From positions 911-64,910 of the forward strand of contig CAJXEJ010000007.1 of the NCBI GenBank assembly GCA_913052475.1: a stretch of 64,000 bases of DNA, given 5' to 3'. The position numbers and the translations under genes were made by a program. This DNA is from an uncultured Dehalococcoidia bacterium (GTDB lineage Bacteria; Chloroflexota; Dehalococcoidia; Lucifugimonadales; Lucifugimonadaceae). Of this stretch, positions 47,975 to 57,656 are shown one piece after another. A model generated the notes under the pieces. It ran no database searches. It was not told the DNA's origin and saw only the letters and a program-made list of their open reading frames with translations. Position 1 is the first letter of the stretch, and each line of letters opens with the position of its first letter.

Positions 47975-49201
47975 CTAGCTGAGATCGACACCTGAGGCTT
48001 TCGCGACGGTTTCGAGGTCTTTGTCACCCCGACCACTGAGCAGAAGCAACACGACGTGATCTTTCGGCAGTGTCGGAACCCATTTAATCATGTAGCCGAG
48101 GGCGTGCGCGGGTTCCAGCGCAGGGATTATTCCTTCCGACCGGCTCAAGAGCCTGAACCCGGCGAGGGCATCGTCGTCCGTCGCTGAAACGTAGGTTGCA
48201 CGTTCAATGTCTTTCAGGTAGGCGTGCTCTGGTCCAACGCCCGGGTAGTCGAGACCGGCGGAAATGCTGTGGGCCTCGGTTACCTGCCCATGTTCGTCCT
48301 GTAGTAGGTAACTCATTGCCCCGTGCAGTACACCTGGGCGTCCTTTTGACATTGTCGCAGCGTGACGTTTGTCGAGACCTTCCCCCGACGCCTCGACGCC
48401 GACCAACCCGACATCCGAATCTTTCTGGAAACCGGAGAAAATCCCCATAGCGTTTGAGCCACCACCGACGCACGCAATAACGTAGTCAGGAAGTCGGCCT
48501 GCCATGTCGATAATTTGCTGGCGTGCTTCCGCGCCGATAACTGCTTGAAAATCGCGAACCAGTTTCGGATAGGGGTGTGGCCCGACGACGCTGCCAATTA
48601 TGTAGTGAGTGGTTTCGACGTTCGACACCCAGTCGCGAATCGCTTCGTTGGTGGCGTCTTTTAGTGTGCGGCTGCCTGATGAAACTGGTTCCACCGTGGC
48701 TCCGAGTTCCCGCATTCGGTAGACGTTCGGAGACTGTCGTACGATGTCTTTGTCACCCATGTAAACGATGCACTCGAGGTCCATTTGTGCACATACCGTC
48801 GCCGTAGCGACGCCGTGCATGCCAGCGCCCGTTTCGGCAATGATTCGTTTTTTGCCGAGTCGTTTCGCGAGCAGGGCTTGACCGATGGCGTTGTTGATCT
48901 TGTGAGCACCGGTGTGGTTCAGATCTTCACGCTTGATGTAAATCTTCGCTCCGCCCAGTTTTTCGGTGAGATTTTTCGCGAAATACATCGCTGACGGTCG
49001 TCCGACATAGTGCGTAAGAAGATTTTCGAATTCGGCCCAGAACGAGTCGTCCTGCCGTGCCTCGTCGAAGGCGTTTTCGAGTTCCGTTAACGCCGACATC
49101 AGTGTTTCAGGTACGAACTTTCCGCCGTAGGGACCGAATCTACCGAGCGAAGTTGGGAGCGATTCGAATTCGTAATCAGTATTAGACGAAGTTGATGTCA
49201 T
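47975..49201 (-). CDS. trpB: Tryptophan synthase beta chain
   Basis: [15 protein letters not shown] and [11 protein letters not shown] (PLP lysine). Confidence 0.95.
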   Translation of the reverse strand: MTSTSSNTDYEFESLPTSLGRFGPYGGKFVPETLMSALTELENAFDEARQDDSFWAEFENLLTHYVGRPSAMYFAKNLTEKLGGAKIYIKREDLNHTGAHKINNAIGQALLAKRLGKKRIIAETGAGMHGVATATVCAQMDLECIVYMGDKDIVRQSPNVYRMRELGATVEPVSSGSRTLKDATNEAIRDWVSNVETTHYIIGSVVGPHPYPKLVRDFQAVIGAEARQQIIDMAGRLPDYVIACVGGGSNAMGIFSGFQKDSDVGLVGVEASGEGLDKRHAATMSKGRPGVLHGAMSYLLQDEHGQVTEAHSISAGLDYPGVGPEHAYLKDIERATYVSATDDDALAGFRLLSRSEGIIPALEPAHALGYMIKWVPTLPKDHVVLLLLSGRGDKDLETVAKASGVDLS

Positions 49202-49393
49202 CAGATTTTAGGCGAAAAGTACGTGTGAGATAGATCTGGAAATCGAAAATTCACTGAGCTAATTGGAGCGTGAAGCTCGATCACAAGCTAGGATAGCAGC
49301 GGAGAGGCGGCTAGCCGCGATTTATTAGATTGAAATTGCACTAGCCCGGTTCCCAAAAAGCACAGTTGGAAATTCCGAGGGATCACCACACCG

Positions 49394-49921
49394 TTGTCAG
49401 AATCGAAAACACAGCGACCGGATTGGGACGACTACATCATGTCGATCGCGGTGGGTGTTCGCGCACGTGCGAACTGCCTGGGCAGCCAAATCGGATCGGT
49501 ACTGGCGCGGGATGGTCACATCCTCTCGACCGGGTACAACGGCACGCCGCACAACACACCGAACTGTGATGAAGGAGGTTGTGCCCGCTGTTCGAATCGC
49601 GACGAATACCCGTCGGGGACAGGGTACGACCTGTGCATATGTGTACATGCCGAGCAAAACGCTTTGTTGCAAGCGGCTCGATTTGGTATTGCCGTTGAAG
49701 GATCGATTCTTTACACGACGTGGCGACCCTGCTTCGGATGTACCAAAGAGATACTCCAGGCTGGTGTAGCGGGCGTTCGGTACGGCGAGAACTGGGAGCC
49801 GAACCCAGATCTGAAAGACGAGTACGAACGGCTCCAAAGTTACTTCCCGGGAGGAATAGAAAAAGTCGATCTTCCCGAAGGTGCTGATTCCCACACCCGT
49901 GGAATCAAAGCTCAGTCATGA
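49394..49921 (+). CDS. dCMP (deoxycytidylate) deaminase family protein
   Basis: HAEQNAL and PCFGCTKEI zinc motifs. TTG start. Confidence 0.85.
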   Translation: MSESKTQRPDWDDYIMSIAVGVRARANCLGSQIGSVLARDGHILSTGYNGTPHNTPNCDEGGCARCSNRDEYPSGTGYDLCICVHAEQNALLQAARFGIAVEGSILYTTWRPCFGCTKEILQAGVAGVRYGENWEPNPDLKDEYERLQSYFPGGIEKVDLPEGADSHTRGIKAQS

Positions 49922-51120
49922 AAATCACCAGTGTCGAAACTATAGCGCTCCGAGATGACGCCGATGGGACAGTAACCTCGTGGAATCCTTCGTTTGCGGA
50001 ATCTGATAGTGATCCCGCCAGCATGGGCGGATACGACATAACGCTTGTTCGTGTTGATACCGATGAAGGGATAAGTGGTATCGGACAGGTCGAGGCACCG
50101 AGTCTGGTAATTGACGCGATCGTTCGTTCGACCCAGGGTCTCGAAGTGCTGCTGATCGGCGAGGATCCCACCCAAGTTCAACGTCTGTGGCAAAAGATGT
50201 ACAACTCGACCGGTGTGTTCAATCGCCGAGGAGTTGGGATTGGTGCAATTGGTGCGGTCGAGACGGCTCTTTGGGACATTACGGGCAAGGCAGGAGGTAA
50301 GCCTGTACACGAGCTGATCTGGCGATCGTTTACTACAACAGCGAGCCACACTGAACCACTAAAACGAGTCACTCCATACGCCACGGTCTACCCGCCGGGA
50401 GCGAGTTTGGATGAGCTGGAAGAACGGGTGGGCATCGCTATTTCACGCGGGCTGAAGGCAGTCAAGATCGAAGAGTGGCCGGGTCAATTCGGCAACGTCG
50501 ATGTTGAGACCGATGTAGCAGTTATAGAGAAGGCTCGTTCGGTGATTGGCCCGAAGCGCGACCTAATGATCGACGTGCAAAATCGTTGGCGTGACGTTGG
50601 CCAAGCACTTCGAACAATCGAGGCGATCGAGCAGTTCAATCCGTACTTCATCGAAGCGCCGCTTCCAGCCGACAATATCGAGGGATATCGAAAGCTCGTG
50701 GAGTCGACGAACGTAAGAATTGCCGTGGGCGATTGGGGCTTCAGCACTCGTCATGAGTTTGCTGATTTGCTTCGACGGGGTCGGCTCGACGTCGTTCAGC
50801 CGAGCGCAGTTCGAGCCGGCGGGATGCACGAAATCTTGAACATCGCCGAAGACGCCTATCAGTTCGGCGCGCTATGCATTCCGCACACGTGGTGTAATAC
50901 TGTTGGCGTTGCCGCGCAATTGCATCTTGCGGCGGTTACGCCAAATATGCCCTACTTCGAATCCCCGATAGCGTTCCCGGCTACCCCACTCGTCGAAAAC
51001 TTGCTGCTGCCGAACTTCGAAGTCGCGCCCGATGGAACGATGGAAGTTCCGAATCGGCCTGGGTTGGGATTTGAGCTGAACGAAGATGTTGTATCTGAGT
51101 TCCGAGTTGATCCCTACTAG
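49918..51120 (+). CDS. Enolase-superfamily (MR/MLE) enzyme
   Basis: VRVDTDEGISGIGQ capping motif. ATGA overlap with the deaminase gene. Confidence 0.85.
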   Translation: MKITSVETIALRDDADGTVTSWNPSFAESDSDPASMGGYDITLVRVDTDEGISGIGQVEAPSLVIDAIVRSTQGLEVLLIGEDPTQVQRLWQKMYNSTGVFNRRGVGIGAIGAVETALWDITGKAGGKPVHELIWRSFTTTASHTEPLKRVTPYATVYPPGASLDELEERVGIAISRGLKAVKIEEWPGQFGNVDVETDVAVIEKARSVIGPKRDLMIDVQNRWRDVGQALRTIEAIEQFNPYFIEAPLPADNIEGYRKLVESTNVRIAVGDWGFSTRHEFADLLRRGRLDVVQPSAVRAGGMHEILNIAEDAYQFGALCIPHTWCNTVGVAAQLHLAAVTPNMPYFESPIAFPATPLVENLLLPNFEVAPDGTMEVPNRPGLGFELNEDVVSEFRVDPY

Positions 51121-51146
51121 CGCAGAGCGTAACGATCGAAAGTGCT

Positions 51147-51776
51147 TTGATGCGATCGAAAGACCAACCAAGATCAAACAAGGATGACCACGAGTTCCTA
51201 GCCCGTCATCCCGGCCTTGCTGGGCTCACGTATGGAGAAGGCGATACCAGCTTTCGAGGACGGGTAAGAAAGCATCTTCGAAATCCGCCGATGCGAACAG
51301 TATTACTGATCTTGTTCGTCATTGTGGCAATACCAGCCGTACTCGTCTATCCACAAGTTTCTGGCGTTGCCGAAGACAATTGGAGCGACGTTCAGCGAGC
51401 CCGTGAACGTCACTTTGTGAACGTTACGGCAGCCAGCTGGATCTACCCGTTTTTGCGAAGACAGGCCGAGCGGATGCAACAGGCCGATGTGCCGGTCGAA
51501 TGGCGGGGAGTTTCGTTCAAGAATGGCCCCTGTTTTCCGGAGCACATGACGCAATTGCCAACCGGGAAGTACGCCTATGCGATCGAGACTGCATGTACGA
51601 GTCTGGATGAAATTCAGATGAGGTACGCGCCCGATTGTGCGCAAACATCGGCTTGCAATATTCCAGAGCAAGCGGTGGTCGAACTTCAGATCGTGCTGGA
51701 CCGTCTCAAAGTGGCGTTTTCTGATGCAAACTTGGTGCAGCATTCGACTGACGATCAGGGGCAGATGCGGGACTGA
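51147..51776 (+). CDS. Single-pass membrane protein, paralogue 1 of an unrecognised Cys4 ectodomain family
   Basis: RKHLRNPPMRTV + TM helix + PVEWRGVSFKNGPC-x20-C-TSLDEIQMRY-x3-C-x5-CNIP. Confidence 0.6.
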   Translation: MMRSKDQPRSNKDDHEFLARHPGLAGLTYGEGDTSFRGRVRKHLRNPPMRTVLLILFVIVAIPAVLVYPQVSGVAEDNWSDVQRARERHFVNVTAASWIYPFLRRQAERMQQADVPVEWRGVSFKNGPCFPEHMTQLPTGKYAYAIETACTSLDEIQMRYAPDCAQTSACNIPEQAVVELQIVLDRLKVAFSDANLVQHSTDDQGQMRD

Positions 51777-51933
51777 TTATTGTTATCTAATTGCCTGAAA
51801 TCCGATGCATTTGGAAGGTATACGGGCGTAGCATGAATGGTTGATTTCCAAGGACAAGATTGATCACCAAGGCAATCGTTAAGCCGATATCAAGGCTGAA
51901 CCCAGAAAGCAATACAACCAGCAGCACGCTGTC

Positions 51934-52503
51934 ATGGATCTTTCGTTCGACAACGACATCTCACGTCTCGCCAGATTCCGGCGAGAACTCCGCAACCCCT
52001 CGATGTGGACGATTTTCATCATCGTCACGGTTGCCGCAGTGGTCGTTTTTGCACCGTTCGCCCATGGTTGGGTCGAGACGGCTCGCAGCAGTTTCAAGTC
52101 GGTGGCAAGGCAGAAGGAAATTCAGGACAAGAGCATGATCTCGCTCGGTGCGATCGTTCCAAGCCAGATCGCTCCGTGGATGGGGCAGCAGGTCAACACA
52201 ATGATCCGAGCTGAAGGACCGGTCGAATGGCGAGTGGTGTCGTTCCGTGCCGGACCATGTGACACAGGGAATCTTTCTCAGCTACCTGCGAGCAAGTATT
52301 CGACATCAATTGCGACCGCGTGTAACGATCTCGACAGCATTCAGCAGCGGTATTCGGGATCTTGCTTCCTTGCTTCAGACTGCAACGTTCCGGAAGTTGC
52401 CAAGAACGAGTTGAAGGCGGCTATGGGATTGGTTTGGGAAGCATTCTCCGACGCAGGATTTGTTCTGCCCTACGACGAACTTGAACAGCAAGTTTATCCG
52501 TAG
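51934..52503 (+). CDS. Single-pass membrane protein, paralogue 2 of the Cys4 ectodomain family
   Basis: RRELRNPSMWTI + TM helix + PVEWRVVSFRAGPC-x20-C-NDLDSIQQRY-x3-C-x5-CNVP. Confidence 0.65.
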   Translation: MDLSFDNDISRLARFRRELRNPSMWTIFIIVTVAAVVVFAPFAHGWVETARSSFKSVARQKEIQDKSMISLGAIVPSQIAPWMGQQVNTMIRAEGPVEWRVVSFRAGPCDTGNLSQLPASKYSTSIATACNDLDSIQQRYSGSCFLASDCNVPEVAKNELKAAMGLVWEAFSDAGFVLPYDELEQQVYP

Positions 52504-52631
52504 GTAGCACTTTGCCTTACGACATTGTTGTCGTTCTACTTTACACTGTCCTGCGAGATCATTATCACCACCAGTCCACGATGCGCATGTCTTTTGGAAA
52601 TAGCTATATCACGGCGTGAGGGCAACTGACC

Positions 52632-53162
52632 ATGACGTTCGAGTATGAAGAAGATAATTCGCTGTCGGAGCGCATTCGAAGGGAACTTCGCAATCCTTCG
52701 ATGCGGACGATCTTTATCTCTATTGTTGTTGTAATCGCTGTGGTTTCAGCTCCATTTGCGCCAGGTTGGATCAGCTCGACGAAATCGGGAATCAACGAGG
52801 TTACGGCTGATCACGACTTGCAAACTTCATCGAGACTTCCGAACGATGACCTCACTGACGAGCAGATCTCGCCGTACCTCATCGAGAAAGCCGAGACGAT
52901 GCGAGATGCCACAGGGCCGTTCCAGTGGGAGATCGTCAACTTCCGTTTTGGTCCCTGTGATCCCGATGCGCTTGCTGCGCATTCGGACGGTGCTTTCCGC
53001 ACGGCACTTACCGATTCGTGTACTTCGCTCGCCGACATTCAGGGTCGCTACCAGCGTGATTGCTACATAGCTGCGTCATGCAACGTTTCTGATGAGGCCA
53101 AAAATGGGCTGAATGCCGTTATCGCGGTTCTCCAGAAGGCACAGATCAACGCCGGGTATTAG
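52632..53162 (+). CDS. Single-pass membrane protein, paralogue 3 of the Cys4 ectodomain family
   Basis: RRELRNPSMRTI + TM helix + PFQWEIVNFRFGPC-x20-C-TSLADIQGRY-x3-C-x5-CNVS. Confidence 0.65.
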   Translation: MTFEYEEDNSLSERIRRELRNPSMRTIFISIVVVIAVVSAPFAPGWISSTKSGINEVTADHDLQTSSRLPNDDLTDEQISPYLIEKAETMRDATGPFQWEIVNFRFGPCDPDALAAHSDGAFRTALTDSCTSLADIQGRYQRDCYIAASCNVSDEAKNGLNAVIAVLQKAQINAGY

Positions 53163-53505
53163 CCAGCGGTCTTTGCCAAACCAAGGCAACAACGTCAAAC
53201 CTGCGCGCCAGTCGGGATGTCACTACAATTTGTGGCAGTCGTGCAGCGATTCGGTCGGCGATTGATTCTGAGACTGGTTGTGGGTGTGTAGAAAACCATG
53301 TGAGTGTCTCTCGAATTGCATCATCGCGGCTGATTACGTGCTCATCATAGACTGCTGTGAAATTTTCTTCGTTTTTGAACTTGTGAGCTAGGCATGATTG
53401 CCAAATCGACCTGCAGATACGGCCACTGCTAGACTGCCGTCGAATTAGCGTTTTGAAGTTATACGAATATGGTTTCGTCAACTCAGTGAGGATGTTCTTC
53501 AACAC

Positions 53506-55221
53506 ATGGACAGCAGCTTAACTCCACATGGCTTGATCGGTGAAGCTTATCGACCCCCTAAGATCGGCGGCAAGGGCGCAGTCGTCGCTAACCACACGAT
53601 GGCTAGTCAGGCAGGTATGCGAATACTCCATCAGGGTGGGAACGCCGTTGATGCAGCAGTTGCCGTGGCGTTCGCTCTCGGAGCAGCCGAACCGCAAGGT
53701 TCATCAATCGGTGGCGATGGGTTCGTGATGGTCCATATGGCGGCAAACAAGACTGTCGAAGTTGCTAACGGTACAGGTGCTGCACCACTGTCTGCAACCT
53801 CTGAAAAGTACCCTGATGGAATTCCTTATACTGGCATTCTCGGCACTTCGGTTCCCGGCATAGTCGATGCGCTGCTGAGCGCACACGAACGGTACGGCAC
53901 TATGACTCTGGCTCAGTGTCTGGATCCGTCAATCGAGCTTTGCGAAGACGGCGTCCCGGTTTCTGACTTTCAATCTCGAATGGCTGCTCAAAATCCCGTC
54001 CTTCGGAGTTCATCAACATCCGGTCCGATATTTGCTCCGAACGGTAGTTGGTTGAAGCCTGGCGAGCTTCGTCGGAATCCCGATCTGGCCCGTACTTACC
54101 GGCAAATCGCTGACTTGGGGCGAGATGCTTTCTACGAAGGTGATATTGCTCGTGAAATTGCACGGTATTCAGAAGAGCAGGATGGGCTGCTCACCTATGA
54201 AGATCTCAAGCGGCACAAGGTTCAGTGGCAGGCTCCTGTATCGATTAATTACCGGGGACGGACGGTTTATGAGGCGCCGCCGAATTCGAGTGGTCATGTT
54301 TTGTTGCAAGAACTGGCTATGTTTGAACGATTCGATACGAACCAGTACGGCCACATGAGTGCAGAGTCGGTCCATTTAATGGTGGAAGCTAAGAAGCTGG
54401 CGTTTGCAGATCGTGAGGCTTACATGGCCGATCCGAACTTCGTTGACGTTCCAATCGAGGGCTTGTTGAACCCAGAATATCTTGCTGAGCGCTCTGCACT
54501 GATCGATATTGAGCGTGCTGCCGAGAACGTCATAGAAGGCGATCCATGGGCGTACATGGACCGTTTACCCGACTCGGCGAAAAAACACCGTCAAGGCGGT
54601 CGCTTGCACGAGGCAGGTAGCGACACGACCCACTTCTGTGTGGTCGATCGTTGGGGCAATTCAGTTGGCGAGTTGCAGAGTATTCAAACGATGTTCGGAT
54701 CGTGCGTAATTGCGGGATCAACCGGGATTCTGATGAACAACCGAATGACCTACTGGCACCTTGAACCCGATCACATCGACTATCTCAATCCGGGCCAGCG
54801 GGTTCGCCACACGATGAATCCCGTGATGGTGTTCTCGAAGCCCGTCGAAGAAGGCGGTCGATTGGAGCTGGTATGTGGTACCCCGGGAGCCGACACGCAG
54901 GTCCAGACCAACATGCAGGTCGTGACGAGTGTGTTCGACTACGGCTTAAGCGTTGTGGAAGCAATCGATGGCCCTCGTTGGACGCACAATCAAGCAGGTA
55001 CGGGTTCAGCCGCACCTCGATCAACGACGGATTCGTTGCAGATTGAGGATCGAGCGGGTGAGGATGTGATCAACGGACTAGCACAACGCGGCCAACCGAT
55101 CGAGTCGACCGGTGGGTGGGGTGGAGCGGGAAGTGAGGGTGCTATTCAGGTTGATCTCGAAAACGGCACGCTGTTCGCCGCTTCAGATCCCCGACGTGAA
55201 GGAGATGCCCTCGTCTGGTGA
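53506..55221 (+). CDS. ggt: Gamma-glutamyltransferase family protein (no obvious signal peptide)
   Basis: GGNAVDAAVA, GGDGFVMV and the autoprocessing/nucleophile site GSDTTHFCVVD. Confidence 0.9.
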   Translation: MDSSLTPHGLIGEAYRPPKIGGKGAVVANHTMASQAGMRILHQGGNAVDAAVAVAFALGAAEPQGSSIGGDGFVMVHMAANKTVEVANGTGAAPLSATSEKYPDGIPYTGILGTSVPGIVDALLSAHERYGTMTLAQCLDPSIELCEDGVPVSDFQSRMAAQNPVLRSSSTSGPIFAPNGSWLKPGELRRNPDLARTYRQIADLGRDAFYEGDIAREIARYSEEQDGLLTYEDLKRHKVQWQAPVSINYRGRTVYEAPPNSSGHVLLQELAMFERFDTNQYGHMSAESVHLMVEAKKLAFADREAYMADPNFVDVPIEGLLNPEYLAERSALIDIERAAENVIEGDPWAYMDRLPDSAKKHRQGGRLHEAGSDTTHFCVVDRWGNSVGELQSIQTMFGSCVIAGSTGILMNNRMTYWHLEPDHIDYLNPGQRVRHTMNPVMVFSKPVEEGGRLELVCGTPGADTQVQTNMQVVTSVFDYGLSVVEAIDGPRWTHNQAGTGSAAPRSTTDSLQIEDRAGEDVINGLAQRGQPIESTGGWGGAGSEGAIQVDLENGTLFAASDPRREGDALVW

Positions 55222-55301
55222 GTGAGTGGCATTATCATTTTTAAGGGCTCTGGATTTGGTCGTGAGTTGGCGTGGTGGGGAGCGTTGAGTGCAACGTAAA
55301 A

Positions 55302-55400
55302 TCCTCTCCTACTGGAGAGGAATTAGGTGATAGTGGAATCTCACGCCAGAAACGGTGATCGCCGCCCCCCTCATCCCAATCTTTTCCTCACCGAGAAGAG
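55302..55400. repeat. Second copy of the C/T-rich intergenic repeat, with a different module order
   Basis: TCCTCTCC-tact-GGAGAGGA hairpin, then GTGATCGCCGCCCCCCTCATCCC...CCTCACC. Compare 9557..9631. Confidence 0.45.
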
Positions 55401-55423
55401 GCCGGAAGCTAGCGTGTTCAGGT

Positions 55424-55984
55424 TTAACTCCAAAAAACCAACAAATCTCGGATTGCTTCGAGTGCTTCGAAGAATGTGAAACTATCGAGATATTGTCCGC
55501 CGTGTAGGACCCATTCTTGCCCTAGCTTGAGAACGAGAATGACAAGGAACCATTTCACGATTCGTTCTCGGGTTATCTCGTAGTTTGGCCAGTAGTGCTT
55601 TCGGATCGCAACGAAAACGAACCAGAATTCAAAAACGTTCGGGAATGCGAGGAGAATTGGTCGAGCCTGAGTGAATTCGAACGTTGTGAATCCGATCATG
55701 CGGAAGGCGAACAGGCCAAGTGCGATTTTTCGATCTGGACCATCCCATTTGTTAGCGACCCACAGGAACGTGAGCATGTAGACCAGGTCGGCCCACTTAT
55801 CGAACGCTTGATAGTTTCTGAGACCACCGAGTTCGAGTGCTTCTTGAAGGAATAGGTCAGAGAAATCGACGACGATCGCGATCAAAGCACCCGCGAACGC
55901 CCATCGCAGCACGGGTAGTGAACCCACTACTCGGATGAGTCCTATGACGAGTTGTTCGAGAGTCATTTGTTTTCTTGAGGACAC
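55424..55984 (-). CDS. Hypothetical polytopic membrane protein
   Basis: 186 aa with 5-6 hydrophobic segments. No motif recognised. Confidence 0.6.
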   Translation of the reverse strand: MSSRKQMTLEQLVIGLIRVVGSLPVLRWAFAGALIAIVVDFSDLFLQEALELGGLRNYQAFDKWADLVYMLTFLWVANKWDGPDRKIALGLFAFRMIGFTTFEFTQARPILLAFPNVFEFWFVFVAIRKHYWPNYEITRERIVKWFLVILVLKLGQEWVLHGGQYLDSFTFFEALEAIRDLLVFWS

Positions 55985-56113
55985 TTTGCTGTAGCGTGAT
56001 CAACCTGCGGTCACCTCGGAGCGACAGACAGCACGCCCAGTTCGTCCTCTGCCCACTATAATCACCCGCGTCCGAATTATTCATTCCCTGCCATCAATCC
56101 TCAAGAGAAAAAT

Positions 56114-57052
56114 ATGAAATACCGTCACCTCGGAAATTCTGGTCTTGAAGTCAGCGTTATTGGTCTTGGCACCAACAATTTCGGCGGACGTATGGAGTAC
56201 AAAGAGGCCCATGAAGTGATCTTTGCCGCCCTCGACGAAGGCATCAATCTCATCGACACGGCGAATATGTATTCGCACGGAAACTCTGAAGAGATAATCG
56301 GGCGGTCTTTAACCGATCGGCGTGACGAGGCGCTAATCGCGACAAAGTTTGGCATGGTTTGGGGGGACGGTCCCCACGGCAAAGGAGGATCGCGCAAGCA
56401 CATGATGGACTCGCTGGAAGGCTCGTTGCGTAGGCTTCAGACCGACTACGTTGATCTCTACCAGATACATCGTCAGGATCCCGAAACTCCGATCGAAGAG
56501 ACGCTTCGCGCACTTGACGATGCAGTTCGAGACGGCAAGATTCGCTACATTGGACTTTCGAACTTCGATCCGTGGCGAATCGCTGATGCGCAGTGGACAG
56601 CGCGACATCACGGTCTCACGCAGTTCATTTCGTCGCAACCGGAGTATTCGATGCTCGAACGTGGCGCTGAGCGTGCAGTTCTACCTGTGTGTGAAGAGTT
56701 CGGACTTGGTACGCTACCTTATTTCCCGCTTGCGCACGGATTTTTGACTGGCAAGTACCGTCGTAACGAAGCGGTTCCTGACAACACACGATTGGCTCAC
56801 ACTCCGGCTGCTCAGGAGAAGCGACTATCCGAAGCGAACTTCGACATTCTCGATCAGCTTGAGGTTTTCGTCGAGAAGCGCGGACACACGATGGCCGAAC
56901 TGGCTTTCGCCTGGATTCTCGCCCGGAAGTCGGTGGGATCAGTGATCGCAGGTGCTAGCACGGCAGATCAAATTCGCCAGAACGCCGCTGCCGCTGAATG
57001 GGAGTTGACGTCTGATGAAATGGATGAACTGACAGGAATTCTGGACGGTTAA
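56114..57052 (+). CDS. Aldo/keto reductase
   Basis: MKYRHLGNSGLEVSVIGLGT, DTANMY and LDLYQIHR-type motifs. Confidence 0.9.
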   Translation: MKYRHLGNSGLEVSVIGLGTNNFGGRMEYKEAHEVIFAALDEGINLIDTANMYSHGNSEEIIGRSLTDRRDEALIATKFGMVWGDGPHGKGGSRKHMMDSLEGSLRRLQTDYVDLYQIHRQDPETPIEETLRALDDAVRDGKIRYIGLSNFDPWRIADAQWTARHHGLTQFISSQPEYSMLERGAERAVLPVCEEFGLGTLPYFPLAHGFLTGKYRRNEAVPDNTRLAHTPAAQEKRLSEANFDILDQLEVFVEKRGHTMAELAFAWILARKSVGSVIAGASTADQIRQNAAAAEWELTSDEMDELTGILDG

Positions 57053-57656
57053 TTTTATGCGAAACGTCCACATCAGAGACAGCTGAATGACGGAAAACAG
57101 TTCGGTTTCATTACCGCCCCACGAGCTCCTAGTCGAAAGTTATTTCGCCGTTGCCGTGGGTTATCGGATCACCTAGAACGGTCGTGTTACGCACGATCAT
57201 CTGTGTCGGGGTGTATTTTCAGCGGTGGAAAAGGCGTAGCTATTTCTTCGAAAATGTTCTCCTGCTCGGGCTCGGTTGTGGCTGCGGGAGCGACCGTGGA
57301 GTGATTGGAATACTAGTAAGGATGGCATTCGAAGTGGCGGTTGGCTCGATCGTGGCTGCTGTCGGTTTTGGAAGTGCTTGTGCGCTTGTTAAACCAGACA
57401 GATCGTCATCGGCACCGACTGTGTCAGCCGCGCTGGAGGACGGAATATCTTCGATAGAAGGCGTATCGGCAGATGAGCAGGAAGTTACGAATTCAGTGAG
57501 GAGAGTTGCGAGTGCGACGAGTGTGACATCTTTTGTCTTGATCATCACCTCATCACGAAACTTAGTTCTGCATCCGGCATCCGTGATTCCACATATTGGC
57601 ACGAGCCGTCATATTCGATGTTGGTGAGCCCGACAAGTCTGTAGAGTATTGACCTC

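Noticed and set aside
47975-49201. trpB without an adjacent trpA as an anomaly
   Set aside because: Dispersed trp genes are common in many lineages. The protein looks like an ordinary full-length TrpB.
49918-49921. ATGA overlap coupling dCMP deaminase to an enolase-family gene as a functional link
   Set aside because: Four-base overlaps are frequent in compact genomes and do not by themselves imply a shared pathway. It is noted only under the enolase-expansion finding.
53146-53505. 119-aa minus-strand ORF filling the gap between the third Cys4 paralogue and ggt
   Set aside because: There is no recognisable motif. Its GTG start abuts the ggt ATG and it overlaps the upstream gene end. It could be real, but only ORF length supports it.
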